64,000 bases of DNA, from positions 2,363,913 through 2,427,912 of the forward strand of contig OZ244908.1 in NCBI GenBank assembly GCA_965221705.1, in the 5' to 3' direction. The stretch is from Dehalococcoidia bacterium (lineage in GTDB: Bacteria > Chloroflexota > Dehalococcoidia > Bin125). Shown here in pieces: positions 27,183 through 35,194 of the stretch; within the stretch, counting starts at the first letter, position 1, and each line of letters begins with the position of its first letter. The translations under genes and the position numbers were made by a program. The notes beneath the pieces are model-generated. The model saw nothing but the letters and a program-made list of their open reading frames with translations. It was not told the DNA's origin and searched no databases.

Positions 27183-28865
27183 ATGGTGCGAGCGACTCGT
27201 GACCTGGTCGGCGATCTGGTACGCAACGCCCTCGAGCTGGCCCAGGCAGATGAGGCCTTGCCGCCGATCCCGCCAATTGAGATGCGGATCGAGCGGCCCA
27301 AAGAACGCGAGCACGGCGATTACTCGTGCAACGTCGCGCTGCGTCTCGCCAGCGCCGTGCGCATGCCGCCGATGGACGTCGCCAGCGCGATCGCCCAACG
27401 AATCATGCGCACTGAGCCCGTCGCCGACGTCGATGTCGCCCACCCCGGTTTCATCAACATCACGCTCGACGCCGACTGGCAGCGCGGCCAGCTGCTCTCG
27501 GTCGTGGAGGCCGGCGACCAATGGGGCCGCATCGATGCGGGCGCGGGTCAACGCGTGCAGGTCGAGTTCGTCTCAGCTAATCCGACCGGTCCGCTCCAGG
27601 TCGGCAACGGACGCGGCGCGGTGCTCGGAGACGCGCTGGCGTCGGTGCTCGACGCGGCCGGCTTCGAGGTCGAGCGCGAGTACTACGTCAACGACGCCGG
27701 CGCTCAGATTCGGCTATTCGGCCGCACCTTGTTCGCCCGCTACCTGCAGCAGTTCGGCCGCGACGCGGCGCTGCCTGAGGGCGGCTATCAGGGCGCGTAC
27801 ATGGTCGACCTGGCCGCGCGACTCAAGGACGAATCGGGCGACCGCTGGCTCGACAGCGCCGACGACCCGCCAGCCGAACTGTCAGAGCGTGGACTCGAGC
27901 TGATGGTTCAACAGATCCGCGACGATCTCGCGCTGCTGCGCGTCGAGTTCGACCACTGGCAGCGCGAGTCGGCGCTCTATGACGACTCAGCTGGACAATC
28001 GACATACGACATCGCCATGTCCCGGCTGCGCGACGGCGCGTTCGTGATCGAGAAAGAAGGCGCCGTCTGGTTCCGCTCCGACGAACTCGGCGAAGACCAA
28101 GACAACGTCCTCATCCGCTCCTCTGGCGAACCGACCTACTTCGCCTCCGACGTCGCCTATCACTACGACAAGTTCCTCGGTCGCTCCTTCGACACCGTGA
28201 TCGACGTCTGGGGCGCAGATCATCAGGGACACGTCGCGCGAACCAAAGCGGCCGTCTCGGCCGTCGGCGGCGACGGCGACGCACTCGAGGTATTGCTCTA
28301 CCAGCTCGTCCATCTGCGTCGCGGCGAGGAGCGCGTGCGGATGTCGAAGCGCACCGGCGAAATCGTCACCCTGCGCGAACTGATCGAGGAAGTCGGCGCC
28401 GACGCAGCGCGGTTCTTCATGCTCCAGCGCTCAGCCGACGCGCAGATGGACTTCGACCTTGCCGCCGCCTCATCTGCCGACCCGCGGCAAAACCCGGTCA
28501 GCTACGTCAAGTACGCCCACGCGCGATGCGCCAGCGTCCTGCGCACCGCGGCCGAAAGCGGGCTTGCTCCGTCGTCGGACCAACTCGAGCTGCTCAACGA
28601 CGAACGCGAAACTATCCTGATCGGCGAGATTCTGCGTCTGCCCGAGCTGGTCGCCGACATGGCCGAGCGGCGCGAACCGCATCACCTGACTCACTACGCC
28701 CTCGGATTAGCGCAGGCGTTCACGCAGTTCTACGACGCCTGCCGCATCGTCGTGGCGGAAGATCAGGCGCGATCAGGCGCGCGCCTGACTCTGACTCAGG
28801 CCTCGCAGGCGGCGCTCGCCGCGACGCTGCGCCTGATCGCCGTCGAGGCGCCCGACGAAATGTAA
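27183..28865 (+). CDS. argS: Arginine--tRNA ligase
   Basis: FVSANPTGPLQVGNGRG (HIGH-type), MSKRTG (KMSKS-type), C-terminal anticodon-binding region. ATG 27183 is preceded by GAGGAG. Confidence 0.9.
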   Translation: MVRATRDLVGDLVRNALELAQADEALPPIPPIEMRIERPKEREHGDYSCNVALRLASAVRMPPMDVASAIAQRIMRTEPVADVDVAHPGFINITLDADWQRGQLLSVVEAGDQWGRIDAGAGQRVQVEFVSANPTGPLQVGNGRGAVLGDALASVLDAAGFEVEREYYVNDAGAQIRLFGRTLFARYLQQFGRDAALPEGGYQGAYMVDLAARLKDESGDRWLDSADDPPAELSERGLELMVQQIRDDLALLRVEFDHWQRESALYDDSAGQSTYDIAMSRLRDGAFVIEKEGAVWFRSDELGEDQDNVLIRSSGEPTYFASDVAYHYDKFLGRSFDTVIDVWGADHQGHVARTKAAVSAVGGDGDALEVLLYQLVHLRRGEERVRMSKRTGEIVTLRELIEEVGADAARFFMLQRSADAQMDFDLAAASSADPRQNPVSYVKYAHARCASVLRTAAESGLAPSSDQLELLNDERETILIGEILRLPELVADMAERREPHHLTHYALGLAQAFTQFYDACRIVVAEDQARSGARLTLTQASQAALAATLRLIAVEAPDEM

Positions 28866-28937
28866 CTCCCGCCGCGCTACAGTCACAACACTCGGGCCCC
28901 GCAACCTGCTCAGACGAGAGACGACCAGGAGTCATCA

Positions 28938-29942
28938 ATGCAAGACCGCGTGTTCGCTGGCATCCGCGCGACCGGTCGACAGCACATCGGCAACTACCTC
29001 GGCGCGATTCAGAACTTCGTCGCCTTGCAAGAGCGCTTCGAGTGCATCTACTCAATCGTCGATCTGCACTCATTGACCACCTTGTCCGAGACTGAGCAGC
29101 TGCGCGACAACGTGCGCGAGACCGCGCTTGACCTGCTCGCCGCCGGCATCGACACCGAACGCACCATCCTCTACGCGCAGAGCCACGTGCCCGAGATCTC
29201 TGAGCTGCACCTCTTGCTCTCGATGGTCACGCCGATCGGTCGCTTGATGAATGTGCCCACATTCAAAGAAAAGGCCAAGTCGCAGCCCGATAACGTCAAC
29301 TACGGACTCGTCGGCTATCCCGTGCTGCAGACCGCTGACATCGTCCTCTACCGGGCCAACAAAGTGCCCGTCGGCGAAGATCAGCTGCCCCACCTCGAGC
29401 TCGCGCGCGAGATCGTGCGACGCTTCAATCATCTCTTCGGCGACACCTTCCCCGAACCCGAAGCGGAACTCACCAGCGCGCCGATGGTCCTCGGCTTCGA
29501 CAACCGCAAAATGTCCAAGTCCTACGGCAACGCGGTCGACATGGCCGCATCGCCCGAAGAGACCCACCAGGCGATCCGCTCCGCCATCACCGATCCGCAA
29601 CGCCAGCGACGCAGCGATCCCGGCCGGCCGGAAGTCTGCAATGTCTACTCGCTGCACGGATTCTTCGGACCAGCGCAACAGCCGGAGATCGCATCGGCCT
29701 GCCGCGCAGCCGAGATCGGCTGCGTCGACTGTAAACAGCGGCTCTCCGACTCAGTCAACGACTACTTCGCACCGATCCGCGCCCGACGCGAGGAGCTCGC
29801 CGCTAACCCCGCCGCCGTCGATGACATCCTGCTCAACGGCGCTCGCCGCGCCCGCGTGATCGCCGCCGAGGTCCTCGCCGACGTCAAGCAAGCCATCGGC
29901 CTCCCCGCCTCACTCCCCGAAGTAGCCAACGTCCCCCGCTAA
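28938..29942 (+). CDS. trpS: Tryptophan--tRNA ligase
   Basis: GIRATGRQHIGNYLGA (HIGH-type)...KMSKS... Confidence 0.95.
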   Translation: MQDRVFAGIRATGRQHIGNYLGAIQNFVALQERFECIYSIVDLHSLTTLSETEQLRDNVRETALDLLAAGIDTERTILYAQSHVPEISELHLLLSMVTPIGRLMNVPTFKEKAKSQPDNVNYGLVGYPVLQTADIVLYRANKVPVGEDQLPHLELAREIVRRFNHLFGDTFPEPEAELTSAPMVLGFDNRKMSKSYGNAVDMAASPEETHQAIRSAITDPQRQRRSDPGRPEVCNVYSLHGFFGPAQQPEIASACRAAEIGCVDCKQRLSDSVNDYFAPIRARREELAANPAAVDDILLNGARRARVIAAEVLADVKQAIGLPASLPEVANVPR

Positions 29943-29943
29943 C

Positions 29944-30050
29944 TCAATCCTCCCCCTCCCCGGAAGGACCAAAGTGCCCCTTCCGCAAGACCTCCCCCTC
30001 TGGGGGAGGTCTTGCGGACCTCTCCTTCAATCCTCCCCCTCTGGGGGAGG
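29944..30050. repeat. Intergenic palindromic repeat units with core CCTCCCCC-TCT-GGGGGAGG
   Basis: The 15-nt direct repeat TCAATCCTCCCCCTC occurs at 29944-29958 and 30027-30041. The palindromic core occurs at 29991-30009 (inside the long hairpin) and 30032-30050. An additional 7-bp hairpin is CGGAAGG(29961-29967)/CCTTCCG(29979-29985). Confidence 0.75.
29983..30017. terminator. Perfect 16-bp GC-rich hairpin between convergent trpS and the deazaflavin reductase gene; likely a bidirectional terminator
   Basis: CCGCAAGACCTCCCCC tct GGGGGAGGTCTTGCGG forms a 16-bp stem with a 3-nt loop. There is no clear U-tract on either strand, so terminator function is inferred from position. Confidence 0.5.
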
Positions 30051-30078
30051 TGTCACGGAGTGACGGAGGGGGCTCCCC

Positions 30079-30552
30079 CTACTTCCGCTCCAACACCACC
30101 ACCGGAATTTGCCGACCCGCTCCCCCGGCCCGCACCGCATAGTCGAGATACGGCGCGAAGTCCTTCGCCATCATCGCGAACAGCTTGTCGCGCTCAGCGC
30201 CCTCCGATGTGCGCGCCGTGGCCTCGAACTGTTCCTCGCCGACCATCAGCTGGACATCGGGGTTCGCCTCGAGATTCAGGTACCAGGCCGGATGCGACCT
30301 CGCGCCGCCCTTGCTCGCCACGATCACGTACGCGCCGTCGGCTTCGCCGTAGATCAACGGCAGCGTGCGCCACTCTCCCGACCGCCGTCCGCGCGCGGCG
30401 AGCAGCAGGCATGGACTCTGCCCCGATCCATCGGGACGATCCCACATGTGACCCTTGGAACCCTCCGAGCTGAGGTATTCCTCGGTGTGCGCGCGGATCC
30501 AGTCGGGCAAGTTCGGGTCGACGCTGAAGATGTCAGACATGTTGGCGCTCAT
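30079..30552 (-). CDS. Deazaflavin (F420H2)-dependent nitroreductase/quinone reductase family protein (Ddn-like)
   Basis: 157 aa. LLLAARGRRSGEWRTLPLIYGE...VIVASKGGARSHPAWYLNLEANPDV...F is the hallmark of this family. Confidence 0.85.
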   Translation of the reverse strand: MSANMSDIFSVDPNLPDWIRAHTEEYLSSEGSKGHMWDRPDGSGQSPCLLLAARGRRSGEWRTLPLIYGEADGAYVIVASKGGARSHPAWYLNLEANPDVQLMVGEEQFEATARTSEGAERDKLFAMMAKDFAPYLDYAVRAGGAGRQIPVVVLERK

Positions 30553-30596
30553 TTCCTGCAGGTGTCGTCTGGTCTGACGTCGAGTCTAGGACCTAC

Positions 30597-31586
30597 TCAC
30601 GCCGACGCGGCTGCGCCCAGCCAGCAGATGATCAACAGGGGCAGGAGCGGCAACACCAGATACCGCTGCAGGCGCAGTCGAATCTCGGTCACCCGGCCCA
30701 TCAGGATCACGATGCAAAACAGGCCGGCCAGTATCAGGTACAGCAACGGTCCCAATAGCCAGAGCAGGTTGCCTCCCGACAGATTGATCGACGCCGCCGC
30801 CAACGCCAATGCCGCGGCGAGCACCGCCCAGGCCATCGGCACCGCCATATCAATGCCCAACCAATGCAACAGCGAGCGTGAACCGTCGACATCGTCGATC
30901 TCAAAGTCGGGCAGCTTGTAGATCATGAACGCCGCCGCGCCCGTCAATCCACCGACCGGCAATGTCCAGAGCAGGTGAGCGTTGGAGAACTCGGCGTCGA
31001 TCGCTTGAATCGCGCTGACCGGCAACAGCACGCCGATCAACGCAAAGCTCAGCGCGCCCAGGACGGAGCCACGCCAGGCGATGCTGTACAAGGCCACGGC
31101 GGCGAACATCGCCAGACCGATCACCGTCACCCGCCACTCGATCAGCAGACCAAACAGCGCGCCCGCGGTCGCAAGCGCGATCGAAAACACGTACGCGCCC
31201 CGCGCTGAGAGACGTCCGGCCGGAATCGGTCGCATCAATCGCGTGCTGGCGTCGATGCCCGCGTCAGCGGCATTGTTGAACGCGCCGCCCGCATACGACA
31301 TCAACACCACCATCATCGCGTACTGAATCGGGATGCCCCAGTAGAGCGATCCGTGCGCGGCCGTGATCGGCATCAGCAGCGCGCTGACGTTAACCCAGAA
31401 GCCGATCGATGGCCGACACAACTCCAGCCAGGCGAACGCCCGACTCCGAACAACCCTGACCTGCCAGCCCGGTTTCGGTTCACTGTCTCGCTGGCTCACA
31501 AGGATCAGCCTATTCGCCCCATCGCCGCTGGTCTGCGCGCCTCTGTGAGTCTGCGAGAGTCCGCTGCAGCCGCGCATCCTATACAT
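30597..31586 (-). CDS. UbiA-family prenyltransferase (polytopic membrane protein)
   Basis: First Asp-rich motif NNAADAGID (NxxxDxxxD), second YKLPDFEIDDVDG, 8-9 hydrophobic segments. Start uncertain (ATG 31586/31577 or GTG 31499). Confidence 0.7.
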   Translation of the reverse strand: MYRMRGCSGLSQTHRGAQTSGDGANRLILVSQRDSEPKPGWQVRVVRSRAFAWLELCRPSIGFWVNVSALLMPITAAHGSLYWGIPIQYAMMVVLMSYAGGAFNNAADAGIDASTRLMRPIPAGRLSARGAYVFSIALATAGALFGLLIEWRVTVIGLAMFAAVALYSIAWRGSVLGALSFALIGVLLPVSAIQAIDAEFSNAHLLWTLPVGGLTGAAAFMIYKLPDFEIDDVDGSRSLLHWLGIDMAVPMAWAVLAAALALAAASINLSGGNLLWLLGPLLYLILAGLFCIVILMGRVTEIRLRLQRYLVLPLLPLLIICWLGAAASA

Positions 31587-31634
31587 TCAGATCAGTAGAA
31601 GAGACGCGTTCAACATCCGAGGCAGGAGCTCCCA

Positions 31635-32498
31635 ATGGCGATCATCAACATGGTGCGCGATTACGAAAAGATCGCCAAGTTCCAGCTCGGCCGCTATGTC
31701 GGCATGAAGGGCCCTGGACTGGTCTGGATCATCCCCGTCATCCAGGCCGGCACCAAGGTCGACATGCGCGAGCAGTACTTCGACGTCCCGCCGCAGCGCA
31801 ACATCACCCGCGACAACGCCGGCGTCGACGTCGACTTCGTCGTCTATCTGCGTGTCATGGATCCCGAGCGCACCGTGCTCGAAGTACGCGACTATCTCGG
31901 CGCCGCGCGACAGCTCGCGACGACCACGCTGCGCGCCGTGATCGGCGAGATGAACCTCGACGAAGTCCTCTCCCGCCGAGACGACATCAACGACCAAATG
32001 CAGGTCAAGCTTGACGAGGTCACCAATCGCTGGGGCGTCAAGGTGACGGCCGTCGAAATCCGCGAGATCGAACCGCCGCCCACCATCGCCGAGGCGATGA
32101 CCCGTCAGATGTCCGCCGAGCGAACGCGGCGCGCCCAGATCACCGAATCCGAAGGTACGCGCGACGCGCAGATCAACGTCGCCGAGGGTGAGCGCCAAGC
32201 CGCCATCCTCGCCGCCGAAGGCGACAAGCAGTCGCAGATTCTGCAGGCCGAAGGTCACAAGGAGGCCCAGGTGCTCGAGGCTGAGGGGTACGCCGACGCG
32301 CTGATTCGAATCAACGAAGCCGCCCAGGCAGCGCACGGCAACACCATGGGTCTGCAGTACCTCGAGGCGCTGCGGACCTTGGCGAACAGCGAGAGCACCA
32401 AGTGGATCGTGCCGATGGAGCTGACCAACGCCGCGCGCTCGATCGCCGAGCGCCTCGGCGTCACCGGCGGTCCGCCGGCGAACAACAGCGGCGGCTAG
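31635..32498 (+). CDS. SPFH/band 7 (stomatin-like) family protein
   Basis: VRDYEKIAKFQLGRYVGMKGPGLVWIIPVIQ...LRAVIGEMNLDEVLSRRD...VEIREIEPP... Confidence 0.9.
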   Translation: MAIINMVRDYEKIAKFQLGRYVGMKGPGLVWIIPVIQAGTKVDMREQYFDVPPQRNITRDNAGVDVDFVVYLRVMDPERTVLEVRDYLGAARQLATTTLRAVIGEMNLDEVLSRRDDINDQMQVKLDEVTNRWGVKVTAVEIREIEPPPTIAEAMTRQMSAERTRRAQITESEGTRDAQINVAEGERQAAILAAEGDKQSQILQAEGHKEAQVLEAEGYADALIRINEAAQAAHGNTMGLQYLEALRTLANSESTKWIVPMELTNAARSIAERLGVTGGPPANNSGG

Positions 32499-32512
32499 CG
32501 AACTCCGGTCAC

Positions 32513-32566
32513 GGCCGCCCTCCGCGGCGGCTAGCCCCCAACATGGCCGCCCTCCGCGGCGGCCAT
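32513..32566. repeat. Two copies of a 19-nt hairpin unit (GGCCGCC-CTCCGC-GGCGGC) between convergent genes; likely terminator hairpins
   Basis: GGCCGCCCTCCGCGGCGGC occurs at 32513-32531 and 32545-32563. The second copy extends to a 9-bp stem (ATGGCCGCC / GGCGGCCAT, 32543-32566). GCGGCGGCTAGC, the 3-prime end and stop of the SPFH gene (32489-32500), recurs at 32525-32536. Confidence 0.6.
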
Positions 32567-32593
32567 CTCGACGCGTCGTCCTCAGAGCCCGAA

Positions 32594-33316
32594 TCAGGCC
32601 GGCCCGGCGTGCTCGTGGATGAAGCTGTGCATCTCTGACATTACGGTTTCAGGATCCTCCGCCAGACCGTGCCCGCCATCAGGGATCAGGACCAGCCTCT
32701 TCGGATCGTTGGCGCGTTCATAGATGTCTTCAGACGCCATGTGATGCAAAATCGCGTCGGCCGTACCGTGAATCAGCAACAGCGGCTTGCGCAACTCGTC
32801 CACCTGACGAGTGCCGAACAGCTGCGGCGAGAGTGAGATCACCGCGCTCACCATCGGCATGATCTGCGCCGTCTTGATCACGACCGCGCCGCCAAACGAA
32901 TGTCCCGCGAGCACGATCCGCTCAGCGCCGACTCCCGAGAGGAACGAGCAGGCGCCCAACAGGTCGAGCACGCACTCCTCGAACTCGCCCGCGTTGCGGT
33001 AGTGAATGCGCAGCGTCGAGATGCCCTCGCCTGGCAGCCGCTCAGCCAGCCGACGATAGACGCTGTCAGCCGGGCCGCGCGTTTCGTGTTCGCCGCCCAT
33101 CGCTCCCGAGCAAGTAATCAGCGCGCCCGACTGACCTTCGCAGACATCGAGCATCGCGCTGATCTTGCCTCGCGACGTACCGAGACGAAGCTCCAGCCGC
33201 GACGGATCGGGCTCGCCCTCCTCGACCGGCCGCGGTCGAGCCTGCACGCCAGTGATCCGCAGCGTCAGGTCCTCGGGCTCTGGCTCGCCGGGAGGCGGAT
33301 TCAGTCGAAACGTCAT
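32594..33316 (-). CDS. Alpha/beta hydrolase (dienelactone-hydrolase-like)
   Basis: Nucleophile elbow LAGHSFGGAV. The C-terminus has HGTAD...GGHG, as expected for the catalytic Asp/His region. Confidence 0.7.
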   Translation of the reverse strand: MTFRLNPPPGEPEPEDLTLRITGVQARPRPVEEGEPDPSRLELRLGTSRGKISAMLDVCEGQSGALITCSGAMGGEHETRGPADSVYRRLAERLPGEGISTLRIHYRNAGEFEECVLDLLGACSFLSGVGAERIVLAGHSFGGAVVIKTAQIMPMVSAVISLSPQLFGTRQVDELRKPLLLIHGTADAILHHMASEDIYERANDPKRLVLIPDGGHGLAEDPETVMSEMHSFIHEHAGPA

Positions 33317-33336
33317 GCCCGCAGGCTAGCGCTCGC

Positions 33337-33360
33337 TGATACTGAGTCTGATTCTGAGAC
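33337..33360. repeat. Tandem 12-nt direct repeat upstream of the hydrolase gene
   Basis: TGATACTGAGTC / TGATTCTGAGAC (10 of 12 identical) in the 55-nt gap between the aminotransferase stop and the hydrolase start. Function unknown; possibly regulator half-sites. Confidence 0.4.
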
Positions 33361-33371
33361 TGGGCCGACCG

Positions 33372-34613
33372 CTACTTGGACAACTGGGCGCGTTGCAGGA
33401 ATCGCTGGATTCGCCGCAGCGCCTCTTCGATCTCCTCGTAGCTCGTCGCGTAACAGGCGCGCACATATCCCGCGCCGGCTGCGCCAAAGGCCGATCCAGG
33501 CACCACCGCGACCTGCTCCTGCAACAGCAACTGCTCGGCGAAGGTCTCATCGTCGTAGCCCGTTTGTCCGACCGACGGAAAGGCGTAAAACGCCCCCCGC
33601 GGCTCGGCGCAGGCCAGCCCGAGCTCATTGAAGCCGCGCCACATCAACTGTCGGCGACGGTCATACTCTTCTCGCATCGAGACGACGTACTCCTCGCCCG
33701 AGCGAACTGCTTCAAGCGCGGCGTACTGGGCGACCGTCGGCGCCGACATCATCGCGTACTGGTGAATCTTCAGCATCGCCTGCGAAAGATCCTGTGGCGC
33801 AGCCGCCCAGGCCACGCGCCAGCCTGTCATCGCGTGCGATTTCGAGAATCCACCCAGCGTGATCGTTCGCTTTTGCATGCCCGGCAACGTCGCGATCGGC
33901 GTGTGCTCCGAGCCGCCGTAGACGAGGCGATCGTAGATCTCGTCCGAGATCACGATCAGATCATGTCGACGCGCGACATCGGCCAGCGCCTCCAGCGTCG
34001 GACGATCGAGCACCGCGCCCGTCGGGTTCGACGGATACGCGATCAACAGCGCCCGCGTGCGCTGCGTGATCGCCGCCTCGACCGCCTCAGGTTCCAATGC
34101 GAAGCCCTGCGCCGCGTGCGTCGTCACCGGCACGGCGATGCCGCCAGCCAGCACGACAGCCGGCGCATGAGCCGCGTACGACGGATCCGCGACGATCACC
34201 TCGTCACCCGGATTGATGATCGCCCGCGCGGCCAGGTCGAGACCTTCTGACACGCCCGTCGTGATCATCAGTTCGTCGTGCGGATCCCACTCGATCCCGT
34301 AGCGGCGCTCAAGGTCCGCCGCGATCGCTTCGCGCAGCTCCAGCAGGCCCAGATTCGACGTGTAATGCGTGTGCCCGGCTTCAATCGATCGAATCGCGGC
34401 CTCTGAAATCGGCCACGGCGTGACGAAATCGGGCTCGCCGACGCCCAACGAAATGACATCGTCCATCGTCGCGATGATGTCGAAAAAGCGCCGAATGCCC
34501 GATCCGGGCACCGCCTGCACCCGCTCTGCGACCCGCGCCGACGCCAATGGTGCGGTGTCGCGACGCCGCGGCTCGTCGTCGGTATGGGATCGATCGTTGG
34601 ACGCTATCGGCAT
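33372..34613 (-). CDS. Class I/II pyridoxal-phosphate-dependent aminotransferase (aspartate/aromatic-type)
   Basis: GSGIRRFFD...ISLGVGEPDF...Y..N.G...PSNPTG...GGFSKSHAMTGWRVAW (PLP-Lys motif). I prefer ATG 34613; the track start 34679 overlaps the Lrp gene. Confidence 0.85.
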   Translation of the reverse strand: MPIASNDRSHTDDEPRRRDTAPLASARVAERVQAVPGSGIRRFFDIIATMDDVISLGVGEPDFVTPWPISEAAIRSIEAGHTHYTSNLGLLELREAIAADLERRYGIEWDPHDELMITTGVSEGLDLAARAIINPGDEVIVADPSYAAHAPAVVLAGGIAVPVTTHAAQGFALEPEAVEAAITQRTRALLIAYPSNPTGAVLDRPTLEALADVARRHDLIVISDEIYDRLVYGGSEHTPIATLPGMQKRTITLGGFSKSHAMTGWRVAWAAAPQDLSQAMLKIHQYAMMSAPTVAQYAALEAVRSGEEYVVSMREEYDRRRQLMWRGFNELGLACAEPRGAFYAFPSVGQTGYDDETFAEQLLLQEQVAVVPGSAFGAAGAGYVRACYATSYEEIEEALRRIQRFLQRAQLSK

Positions 34614-34638
34614 GTCGCTCGACTCTGCACTCGCTGAC

Positions 34639-35130
34639 CTAAAAGACGACCTTCTGGCGATCCGGCTGCAAGTCGGCATCGATGAACACGCCGTCCTCCT
34701 TGTAGCGACGCATCAGCACGCGCGTGGTCGTGCCCTTGACGCCCGACATCGTCGCCAGACGATCGCCGACAAAGTCCGAGATGCCGCGCATGTTGTCGGC
34801 CTCGACCATCACGAGCAAGTCATACGCGCCCGAGACGAAGTAGACCGTTCTCACCTCGTCGAACCGCGCGATCCGCCGCGCCACGGCGTTGTAGCCAACG
34901 TTCTCCTGCGGTTCGACAGTTACCTCTACCACCGCGTAGACGGTTGAGAGTCCCAGCGTCTCCCAGTCGATCTTGGCCCCGCGGCCGAGAATGATGCCGC
35001 GTTCCTCGGCCTCCGAAATCGCCTCCGCCACGGCCGCCTCGTCTGCGCCGATCAGCGTCGCGATCTCGGCCGCGCCGAGTCGCGCGTCACGGGCCAGTTC
35101 GCGCAGGACAGGTTCGAGTATCGAGTCCAT
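34639..35130 (-). CDS. Lrp/AsnC family transcriptional regulator
   Basis: From ATG 35130: MDSILEPVLRELARDARLGAAEIATLIG (HTH) ... AYDLLVMVEADNMRGISDFVGDRLATMSGVKGTTTRVLMRRYKEDG (RAM/AsnC C-terminal domain). Confidence 0.85.
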   Translation of the reverse strand: MDSILEPVLRELARDARLGAAEIATLIGADEAAVAEAISEAEERGIILGRGAKIDWETLGLSTVYAVVEVTVEPQENVGYNAVARRIARFDEVRTVYFVSGAYDLLVMVEADNMRGISDFVGDRLATMSGVKGTTTRVLMRRYKEDGVFIDADLQPDRQKVVF

Positions 35131-35139
35131 CAGAGTTGC

Positions 35140-35168
35140 ACTGTACGTGAACCGACTGCTCCAGTCAG
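35140..35168 (-). promoter_or_regulatory. Candidate promoter for the Lrp-aminotransferase pair, giving a near-leaderless transcript
   Basis: The minus strand reads CTGACT (35168..35163), a 17-nt spacer, then TACAGT (35145..35140). The -10 ends 9 nt before the ATG at 35130 and there is no Shine-Dalgarno sequence in between. Confidence 0.3.
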
Positions 35169-35194
35169 AACGTAAAACACGAAGATCCCTTGTG

